IMG/VR virus record: IMGVR_UViG_3300037048_000303
Span: 1 to 24,385 of that record
Source of the DNA: a virus
Taxonomy: Duplodnaviria; Caudoviricetes
DNA length: 24,385 nucleotides
Direction: 5' to 3' (one strand)
Shown: positions 16,508 to 23,173 of the stretch, one piece after another
Numbering within the stretch: position 1 is the stretch's first letter
Layout: the number at the start of each line of letters is the position of its first letter
Position numbers and translations under genes: made by a program
Notes under the pieces: model-generated
Databases searched by the model: none
What the model saw: only the letters and a program-made list of their open reading frames with translations
Told to the model about the DNA's origin: nothing

Positions 16508-19500
16508 ATGAAAAAAATACTTTTAATCGCTGCGCTTTTTATAAGCACGATAAATTATGGGCAACCGTTAATCAGGCTTTCTCAGATTGAACCCATACAG
16601 GGAACTGTGATAAAATCGACCGGAGAAACAGCCGGAAAAGTTTTGACCACAAACGGAACCAATGGATCACTTTGGCAAGCGCCTCTGATTTACGCACCAT
16701 TAACAGGAGGTACAAATTATATCCAAAACCAAAACTCCTCTGCCCAAACTGCAGATATGTGGATTACCGGGGATATAACAGCAGGCGGAAATTTATCTAA
16801 CTCAATGAGTTTCCTGATTCCTTTAACCACTTTTGACAATACGGAAGGAATTATTTTTAAGGGTGGAAACAGGTTCATCCATGATTTTAATTATGGAGTA
16901 AGGGGAGCGGTGACATTTATAGGCAGAAATACTTTTATTGGTTCTAATTCCGGTAATTTTACAATGGGTTCAACTTCAACTTTGTCAAATTACTCTTCGA
17001 ATAATACAGGTGTCGGTTGGGAAACTTTAACTGCTATGACCACGGGGTATGAGAATACAGCAATGGGTTCGTCTGCCCTCACCGCAAATACAACAGGAAA
17101 TCAGAATAGTGCTTTTGGTACTCCTTCCCTTGTTGCTAACACCACAGGAAGAATGAACACTGCAATGGGTTACACTTCTCTACCTGCTAACACCACAGGA
17201 CATTATAACACTGCTATTGGCGCAAGTTCTCTTCGTGTGAATTCTTCTGGTAGTAGTAACACTGCAGTAGGTTCTACCACACTTTATAGCGCCACTATCG
17301 CAGCGAACAATTCTGCATTTGGATATTACTCTATGCTTAGTACCACAGGCGGAAACAACACCGCTTCTGGCGCATCGTCTTTTATGAATAACACCACAGG
17401 TATTGGAAACTCTGCTTATGGAGTTGAGGCGGGCAATCTAATTGCATCCGGATCAAGCAGAACCACAGGAAACTATAATGTGTATTTAGGGATGCAAACA
17501 AGAGCGAGCGCATTAGCAACTACTAACGAAATAGTTATAGGCTACACCGCAATAGGAAGTGGAAGCAATACAGTCCGGTTGGGCAACACTTCAATAACCG
17601 ACGTTTATACAAGCGGCAAAATAACCCACGCGAATGCAACATTATCAACTCACTCCGCAACTTTCGGGCAGGTAATACAAAACCAAAACGCCTTAGCCCA
17701 AATAGCAGAAATGTATATTAATGGAAATGTTAGGGGTAACACATTGCAATCGCACGTAGCCACTGGCACAGCCCCATTAACCGTTGCAAGTACTACGCTG
17801 GTAACTAACTTGAACGCGGATTTGCTGGATGGGCAACATGGAACGTATTATTCACCGACAACACATGGCCACGGAACTATATATAATGCTTATATAAGTG
17901 ACTTAAATACACTTGCATATTCTTCACTTGGTTTGTATTATGACACTTATCTTAGTACAGCAGCTAACAATCCGTACGCACCTGATAATGCCAACGGTGT
18001 TATTACAATGGTTTCACACGGTTCTGGTGGTAGCGGCACTTATGGAAAACAAATAGCTTTTCCAGACAATGATGATATATATATCAGGAAATTTGTCAAT
18101 GGAACATTTGGAAGTTGGTTTAAATTACTTCACAGCGGCAACACAACCATTCCAACCAATACAAATCAACTTACTAACGGTGCAGGGTTTATTACGGATG
18201 GAAATACAGGCTGGGATAATAGTTATGGATTTATTACTGATGGAAATACAGGCTGGGACAATATTTATGGCTTTATTACTTCGGATACGGGCGATGAAGT
18301 TTTGGTAAACGGTGGAAGTACAACAAATCCAAATTTTACAACATCAGGGAGCATAACTTTTGTGAACAATGCAAATGTTATCACTGCAAATCTAAATCAA
18401 GTTGCTGGATTAACCCCCGGAAGTTATACCAACGCAAACATAACAGTTGGTGGTGATGGCAGATTAACATTAGCCAGTAATGGGAGTGGCGGTACAGTGT
18501 ATGCACCAACGAATGTTAACTACCTTGTAGGTACGGCTGATGCCACTCTTACAAACGAAATAGTTGTGGGTACATCTCCCGGCGGCGACCTTCAAGGCGC
18601 TGGTTCAACATGGGCAAGCCCGCAGATTTCAGCAAACGCAATCACAGCAACCGAAATTGCAAACACATCAATCACAATACCAAAACTAAGCCAGTATAAT
18701 TCTCCTGTTTCAGGTTATGCGGTTACTGTTTACGATGCCAATTCTGTTGCATTTTCGCCTCTGCCAACCGGATTACCCAGCCAGTCAGGACATAGCGGTA
18801 AATTTTTAACAACAAACGGAAGTGCTGCATCGTGGACTAACACAGGCTTCGTTACTTCCGTTGCAGCCGGAAACGGAATGGTTTTTACAACCATAACAGG
18901 AACCGGTACAGTAACTTTAGGAACACCAGGCGATATTACCAGTACTTCCACCAGTTCAGTATCGGCAAGTAGTCACACACACGCATTCAATAACACGGGT
19001 GTGACTGCAAATTCATATACAAATGCAAATATTACGGTTGATGCAAAGGGTAGAATAACAGCGGCATCAAATGGAAGTGCAGGTGGTTCCGCTGGTGGCT
19101 CAACAAACCACGTTCAGTATAATATTTCAGGTTCATTTGGAGGAAAAGCCGATTTTTCATTTAATCCAACCACGAATCAATTAACTGTTTCGGGTTCGAT
19201 GGTTTCAGGAAACTTTATTATTGGTTCAGACAGGCGATTAAAAACGGGTATTCAACCAATTAATAATTTAAGTTGGGTTGACCAAATTCACTTCAAATCG
19301 TTTTTAATGCGAAATGATTTAACTGCAAGAATGAGATATGGAGTTATTGCACAGGAAGTTGAAAAAGTAAATCCGGAACTGGTTTTTACAGATGAAACGG
19401 GTTATAAATCGGTTGGATATGTTGACTTGCTGATTGCAAAAGTAGCAAGGCAGGATGAAATTATAAATAGCCTTAGTAAACGATTGGAACAATTAGAAAA

Positions 19501-19561
19501 TAAAGAAAATGAAGAAGATTTTGTTATTATTAGCGGTATTAAATATTCAGTTAGCCGTTAA
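16508..19561 (+). CDS. Long tail fibre with C-terminal intramolecular chaperone (peptidase S74/ICA) and N-terminal Sec signal peptide, 1017 aa
   Basis: Signal peptide MKKILLIAALFISTINYG|Q. Repeated NTAxG..xL..NTTG beta-solenoid units, GTAPLTVASTTLVTNLNADLLDG, a knob-like YIRK...GSW domain and 2x GSYTNANITV..GR.T.ASNG. SDRRLK...YGVIAQEV...V.Y..L ICA motif from 19226. Confidence 0.88.
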   Translation: MKKILLIAALFISTINYGQPLIRLSQIEPIQGTVIKSTGETAGKVLTTNGTNGSLWQAPLIYAPLTGGTNYIQNQNSSAQTADMWITGDITAGGNLSNSMSFLIPLTTFDNTEGIIFKGGNRFIHDFNYGVRGAVTFIGRNTFIGSNSGNFTMGSTSTLSNYSSNNTGVGWETLTAMTTGYENTAMGSSALTANTTGNQNSAFGTPSLVANTTGRMNTAMGYTSLPANTTGHYNTAIGASSLRVNSSGSSNTAVGSTTLYSATIAANNSAFGYYSMLSTTGGNNTASGASSFMNNTTGIGNSAYGVEAGNLIASGSSRTTGNYNVYLGMQTRASALATTNEIVIGYTAIGSGSNTVRLGNTSITDVYTSGKITHANATLSTHSATFGQVIQNQNALAQIAEMYINGNVRGNTLQSHVATGTAPLTVASTTLVTNLNADLLDGQHGTYYSPTTHGHGTIYNAYISDLNTLAYSSLGLYYDTYLSTAANNPYAPDNANGVITMVSHGSGGSGTYGKQIAFPDNDDIYIRKFVNGTFGSWFKLLHSGNTTIPTNTNQLTNGAGFITDGNTGWDNSYGFITDGNTGWDNIYGFITSDTGDEVLVNGGSTTNPNFTTSGSITFVNNANVITANLNQVAGLTPGSYTNANITVGGDGRLTLASNGSGGTVYAPTNVNYLVGTADATLTNEIVVGTSPGGDLQGAGSTWASPQISANAITATEIANTSITIPKLSQYNSPVSGYAVTVYDANSVAFSPLPTGLPSQSGHSGKFLTTNGSAASWTNTGFVTSVAAGNGMVFTTITGTGTVTLGTPGDITSTSTSSVSASSHTHAFNNTGVTANSYTNANITVDAKGRITAASNGSAGGSAGGSTNHVQYNISGSFGGKADFSFNPTTNQLTVSGSMVSGNFIIGSDRRLKTGIQPINNLSWVDQIHFKSFLMRNDLTARMRYGVIAQEVEKVNPELVFTDETGYKSVGYVDLLIAKVARQDEIINSLSKRLEQLENKENEEDFVIISGIKYSVSR
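18185..18280 (+). repeat. 42-bp in-frame tandem repeat (GFITDGNTGWDNxY x2.3) in the tail fibre
   Basis: Units at 18185-18226 and 18227-18268, partial unit at 18269-18280. Confidence 0.9.
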
Positions 19562-20438
19562 CTCACAACTGGTAGTTGTGCCGAATAATACCACGTTCTC
19601 ACTGCAAGATGTTTATGCTGCAATACAGTTTCACTCCAATTCTGTAACCGGCGATTTGTCGTCATGCTTTTCGAATGCTATTCCGCAGTTCTTTGACCCG
19701 ACTTATAATCAGGTCGGTTACGCTCCTGCAAACAGTATGCTTCGTTTCAGAAACTACGGACCAAAATACACGCAAACATTCACATCATCCGGATCATGGA
19801 CAAACTCGGTATCGGGAACGCTAAAAGCAGTGGTTTTGTGCTGGGGGCCGGGCGGCAGTGGTGGTTGTGGGCTTAATTCGACTAACTTTTACGGCGGTGG
19901 CGGCGGTGGCGGCGGCGGCTTTATTAAAGCCTTAATGGACGTTGCAGTAGGAAACTCATACAGTTATCTTGTTGGTGCAGGTGGCGGAGCATCATATAAT
20001 GGTTCTAATGGACAAGCCGGAACTTCAAGAACAGACTTTACAGCAGCAACACAATTTATAGCAGCACAACCGGGGCAAGGTGGAATGTCTTATAGTGGAG
20101 GAAGAACAGGTGGCGCAGGCGGGGGAACTTCTACAGGCGGAATAACGGCATTAAATTCATACAACGGCGGCAATGGTGCAACAGCACCCCTGAACGGCGC
20201 ATCGCCCTATTCAGGTGGCGGTGGTGGTGGTGCAGGAACAACCGGCGCAGGGAATAATGGGTCTGGCGCAACCGGCGGGGCAGCAAAAAGTATTGACGGG
20301 GGTGTTGGTGGAAATGGGTCAGTAGTTGCAAGTGGCAATGGTATATCAGGAGGTGTTTCTGGTGGCGGCGGCGGTGGATCAACACAAAGCGGTGTGTCCG
20401 GCCCAGGAGTGGCAGGTAAAATAATAATTTACTATTAA
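19509..20438 (+). CDS. Glycine-rich adhesin (gp38-like architecture) with Sec signal peptide, 309 aa
   Basis: Signal peptide MKKILLLLAVLNIQLAVNS|Q. Short N-domain VPNNTTFSLQDV...CF...FDP.Y...NSMLRFRNYG, then a TFTSSGSWT...WGPGGSGG...GGGGGGGG...GKIIIYY polyglycine domain. Confidence 0.75.
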   Translation: MKKILLLLAVLNIQLAVNSQLVVVPNNTTFSLQDVYAAIQFHSNSVTGDLSSCFSNAIPQFFDPTYNQVGYAPANSMLRFRNYGPKYTQTFTSSGSWTNSVSGTLKAVVLCWGPGGSGGCGLNSTNFYGGGGGGGGGFIKALMDVAVGNSYSYLVGAGGGASYNGSNGQAGTSRTDFTAATQFIAAQPGQGGMSYSGGRTGGAGGGTSTGGITALNSYNGGNGATAPLNGASPYSGGGGGGAGTTGAGNNGSGATGGAAKSIDGGVGGNGSVVASGNGISGGVSGGGGGGSTQSGVSGPGVAGKIIIYY

Positions 20439-20469
20439 CATAAAAATAATAATTTAAAAAAAAACACAA

Positions 20470-21114
20470 ATGAAAAAAACACTTTTAATTTTAGTGATGC
20501 TGCTTGCTGGGTTTGCAGGATTTGCACAAACAGAACTCGAACGCGTTAGTGAAAGTTTCAAAACAGTAAAGGACACATCGTATTCCAATGACGAAAGGCT
20601 GACGTTTATGGTTAACACCATACTTCCGGCAGTTAACAATTATTTCGAGAATTATAATGCCAAAACGAAGGTCAATGGAGAAGCGGTCACGTTTCAGGCA
20701 CAAACCACAACATTTGTTCAGGGTTTGAATAACCTGATTTATTCTTACGCGCAAAACTTTATTCAAATTACACAAGTCCAGGTAGATTCGAGCAGTATTG
20801 TTGCGGAGTTTAATGCGCTTAACCAAAGAATAACCACTTTACAACAAGACCCGGACATAAAGTATCTTGAAGCCATGCGTGAGTTTCAGGAAATTCAGGA
20901 ACGTCAGGCCAAACTTGCCAAATATTACGATCAGCTTATTACTACTGTAAAACCAGTAGTAAAAGATAGTGAATGGGTAAAACCTACAGGCACAGTTAAT
21001 GCCTATAAAAAGGGCGCAAGAGTTACTTATAGTGGGAAAACATGGGAGAGCTTAATTGATGCCAATCAATCGACACCCGGAGTTTCGGATTGGAAAGAAA
21101 TTATAATAAAATAA
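20470..21114 (+). CDS. Secreted coiled-coil protein with C-terminal CBM5/12-like carbohydrate-binding module, 214 aa
   Basis: Signal peptide MKKTLLILVMLLAGFAGFA|Q, helical middle region, and C-terminal WVKPTG...AYKKGARVTYSGKTWESLIDAN...PG..W. Confidence 0.72.
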   Translation: MKKTLLILVMLLAGFAGFAQTELERVSESFKTVKDTSYSNDERLTFMVNTILPAVNNYFENYNAKTKVNGEAVTFQAQTTTFVQGLNNLIYSYAQNFIQITQVQVDSSSIVAEFNALNQRITTLQQDPDIKYLEAMREFQEIQERQAKLAKYYDQLITTVKPVVKDSEWVKPTGTVNAYKKGARVTYSGKTWESLIDANQSTPGVSDWKEIIIK

Positions 21115-21131
21115 GTAATTGTGCTTTTTTC

Positions 21132-21167
21132 TGTCCTTTTCCATCGCACCACAGGAAACTATCTTCA
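21132..21167 (+). promoter_or_regulatory. Bipartite phage promoter copy 3: TGTCCTTT-N20-TATCTTCA
   Basis: TGTCCTTT at 21132-21139, 20 nt, then TATCTTCA at 21160-21167. ATG follows at 21180. Confidence 0.72.
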
Positions 21168-21179
21168 CTGCCTAATAAC

Positions 21180-21434
21180 ATGAAAGTAATGAAGCCGATA
21201 AACGCCGCGATGAAAGGCTCCAATGGCTATAAAACCAAAAGCACAGTTTTTATTTACCTGTTGCTCCAGATATTCGGAAAAAAACTTCCGATAAGTCCGG
21301 CCAATCAGGAAATATTAATCGACATAACAGATGTTTTAATGGCCAGTGGTTTATTTCATGATTTTTGGCGTAACCGGGTTGCAATTACAGAATGGATAAG
21401 GAATTTATTTACAATTAAAAAAAGAGTATTATGA
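21180..21434 (+). CDS. Small membrane-associated protein, holin-like (84 aa)
   Basis: ORF 21090-21434. ATG 21180 lies just downstream of the promoter motif. NGYKT followed by a hydrophobic stretch, a second amphipathic segment and a basic C-terminus, at the lysis-module position. Confidence 0.45.
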   Translation: MKVMKPINAAMKGSNGYKTKSTVFIYLLLQIFGKKLPISPANQEILIDITDVLMASGLFHDFWRNRVAITEWIRNLFTIKKRVL

Positions 21435-21754
21435 AAGAAACAGAAAGAGCGCTTGTAACCTTGCTGGAAACAGGTAACCTTGTGGCTGCAAGCCTTGCCG
21501 ATGATGGCAAAGTAAATTTTAAAGAAAGTATGGCAATCTCGTTGAAAGGAATTGGCCTGATTGGAGTTTTCAGGAAACTGCCAGTAATTAAAGAAGAACT
21601 TAAAGGCCGCAAACCGGAAGATTTGGCATACCTGGTTGAAGTTTTTAAAACGAAATTTGAATTAAAAAACAAGGAGGCCGAAGAAAAAGTTGAGCAGGGC
21701 TTAGAAGTACTGTTTCAACTTGCATCGATGGTTATTAAACCAAAGGCTGCATAA
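21431..21754 (+). CDS. Hypothetical phage protein (107 aa, helical) in the lysis region
   Basis: ATGA-coupled to the previous gene. LADDGKV...EELK....E...L...F...F.L.N..AE..VE pattern. Confidence 0.65.
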   Translation: MKETERALVTLLETGNLVAASLADDGKVNFKESMAISLKGIGLIGVFRKLPVIKEELKGRKPEDLAYLVEVFKTKFELKNKEAEEKVEQGLEVLFQLASMVIKPKAA

Positions 21755-21781
21755 TCGGCATTTACAAACTTTAATTTTGAT

Positions 21782-21820
21782 AAAGGCAAAGGCGCCATCA
21801 ATCGTTTTTGCCTTTTTTTT
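21782..21820 (+). terminator. Intrinsic terminator
   Basis: AAAGGCAAAGGCG-loop-CGTTTTTGCCTTT stem followed by a T run. Confidence 0.75.
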
Positions 21821-21855
21821 GTCCTTTTTCATGGCACCCCTTAAATCTATCTTCA
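21820..21855 (+). promoter_or_regulatory. Bipartite phage promoter copy 4: TGTCCTTT-N20-TATCTTCA
   Basis: TGTCCTTT at 21820-21827 (fused to the terminator T-tract), 20 nt, then TATCTTCA at 21848-21855. Confidence 0.72.
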
Positions 21856-21883
21856 CCCCATCATACAATAGACGCTATTTAAA

Positions 21884-22288
21884 ATGATTGAATTTGCTAA
21901 CATCACCGACCTGGAGGCGATAAAGGTTTTTTTCTATATCGAATCTGTTATTTTAGTTATTGCATTTGGCATTATCGGGTTCTTTTTAAGGCGCCGTGAC
22001 AATGCCAGTATTACCCGCGAATTAGCCGTAACAGCAGCCACGGACAATCTCACTACCGCAGTACAACAGCTAAAATTAGTGGTTGCCAGTTTACAGGTAC
22101 AATACGAAATCAGGCAGCCTCTGATAGATTCTCAAATTGAAATATTTCGAAAAGCCTTTTTAGAAAATGCTATCTCTATTAAGGGAATAGATACACGGTT
22201 GATTAAACTTGAAACAGAACACAGATTAATGAGCTGTAAATACCCGGCAAATAACATAACAATAAATAACAATGAAAACTCTGATTGA
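21884..22288 (+). CDS. Single-TM coiled-coil membrane protein (holin/spanin-like), 134 aa
   Basis: TM segment VFFYIESVILVIAFGIIGFFL followed by RRR and a coiled coil. Immediately precedes the endolysin stub. Confidence 0.55.
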   Translation: MIEFANITDLEAIKVFFYIESVILVIAFGIIGFFLRRRDNASITRELAVTAATDNLTTAVQQLKLVVASLQVQYEIRQPLIDSQIEIFRKAFLENAISIKGIDTRLIKLETEHRLMSCKYPANNITINNNENSD

Positions 22289-22331
22289 AATTGCTTTAAG
22301 CCAGTACGGAGTTGAAAACATGCCATTATAG
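22272..22331 (+). pseudogene. Truncated endolysin stub (TIGR02594/NlpC-P60-like N-terminus)
   Basis: MKTLIEIALSQYGVENMPL* overlaps the holin-like gene by 17 nt. (L/I)EIALSQYGV is the opening I recognise from TIGR02594-type phage lysins, but the expected continuation (G..NP.I...DE..WC) is absent in all frames read. Confidence 0.55.
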
Positions 22332-22464
22332 TGATGGCTATTTACAATTATTAACACGCGTTCATTGACTTTTTGATTTAGTGGCCCTAAATCAAAACCG
22401 AGATTAAACGACAGTTGATATTTGTGGGTTTGTAGGAGGGTGATGGGTTCACCCTCCGTACAAA
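22322..22464. other. Three-hairpin non-coding segment replacing the rest of the lysin
   Basis: Stems GCCATTA/TGATGGC (22322-22338), TTTTGATTTAG/CTAAATCAAAA (22371-22397) and TTTGTA-GGAGGGTGA/TCACCCTCC-G-TACAAA (22429-22464). Confidence 0.5.
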
Positions 22465-22608
22465 ACTTTAATCATTTCTTTTTTATAGTACATTTTGAAT
22501 TTTTACAGAATTGAATTTACTGACTCTTTCTTTTGTTTACAAACTGGACGATTTTAGTATTTTCGGAAAGATGGTTAATTTTTCACTATCAAAATAGGGT
22601 CAAAAATA

Positions 22609-22644
22609 TGTCCTTTCCCTTTCTGACGGCATGTCTTACTTTTA
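22609..22644 (+). promoter_or_regulatory. Bipartite phage promoter copy 5: TGTCCTTT-N20-TACTTTTA
   Basis: TGTCCTTT at 22609-22616, 20 nt, then TACTTTTA at 22637-22644. Confidence 0.7.
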
Positions 22645-22649
22645 CAATA

Positions 22650-22731
22650 CCAGGTTCATAATTTTTGGTTTATTAATGTTTTAGGTTATTTGATTCTTAA
22701 AAGCTTTCCGTATTGACGGGAGGCTTTTTTT
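22650..22731 (+). ncRNA. Candidate ~80-nt small RNA
   Basis: Lies between promoter copy 5 and a terminator, with no ORF. U-rich body GUUCAUAAUUUUUGGUUUAUUAAUGUUUUAGGUUAUUUGAUU. Confidence 0.5.
22699..22731 (+). terminator. Intrinsic terminator
   Basis: AAAAGCTTTCCGT-ATTG-ACGGGAGGCTTTTTTT stem-loop plus T tract. Confidence 0.75.
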
Positions 22732-22798
22732 CTGTTATTTAATGGTTTTATAATTTTCAGACATTCGGCTTTTATTATTCACAATTAAATTTTTCACA

Positions 22799-22997
22799 AG
22801 GAAAAAAGTATTTTTTATTGTTGCTTTCTTTTTACAATGGTTTGCTAAGCGGCACCACCACCCGATAAACCGGCAGGATATTTAACGTTGGAGTTTTCCG
22901 ATCCCAGAGCGATATCACCCTTCAGGACATTGATGTGCAGGAGGTCACTGTTGAATATCTGAAAAATGTTTTTTATTCTGGTATCTCGAAATCTTAA
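22799..22997 (+). pseudogene. Decayed gene for a small exported protein
   Basis: Joining three frames gives (AGG for ATG)KKVFFIVAFF / TMVC*AAPPPDKPAGYLTLEFSD / QSDITLQDIDVQEVTVEYLKNVFYSGISKS*. This implies a signal-peptide-like start with a lost start codon, an in-frame stop and frameshifts. Confidence 0.4.
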
Positions 22998-23133
22998 TCC
23001 TTCATTTGAACCTTTTTATGAAAACAGTTTAATAAGCGTAAATTTAAATAAACAAAATTAAAATTACGGTAATCCCTTTTATAGGCAATAGACAGTTTTA
23101 TCCTCGAATTCATTTCAGGGTATGTACGAAGCG

Positions 23134-23170
23134 AAAAGCCCGATCCGTTTAAAACGAATCGGGCTTTTTT
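23134..23170. terminator. Bidirectional intrinsic terminator downstream of the integrase
   Basis: AAAAGCCCGAT(C)CGTTT-AAAACG(A)ATCGGGCTTTTTT, a few nt after the integrase stop. A/T tracts on both sides. Confidence 0.8.
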
Positions 23171-23173
23171 CTT

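Noticed and set aside
19509-19561. 53-nt overlap between the fibre and adhesin genes
   Set aside because: An ordinary translational-coupling overlap. The fibre's last residues lie after the chaperone coiled coil, which is cleaved off.
2093-21114. Contractile injection system / R-type tailocin / T6SS
   Set aside because: No sheath, baseplate wedge, VgrG/PAAR or AAA ATPase genes are recognisable. The portal, connector genes and integrase indicate a prophage.
22642-22659. Minus-strand mini-ORF MNLVL* behind a good-looking initiation region
   Set aside because: Only 5 codons, with no minus-strand promoter seen. It is better explained as the antisense face of the candidate sRNA.
16508-23100. Diversity-generating retroelement or shufflon acting on the fibre/adhesin genes
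   Set aside because: I saw no reverse transcriptase, no template/variable repeat pair differing at adenines, and no inverted cassette repeats.
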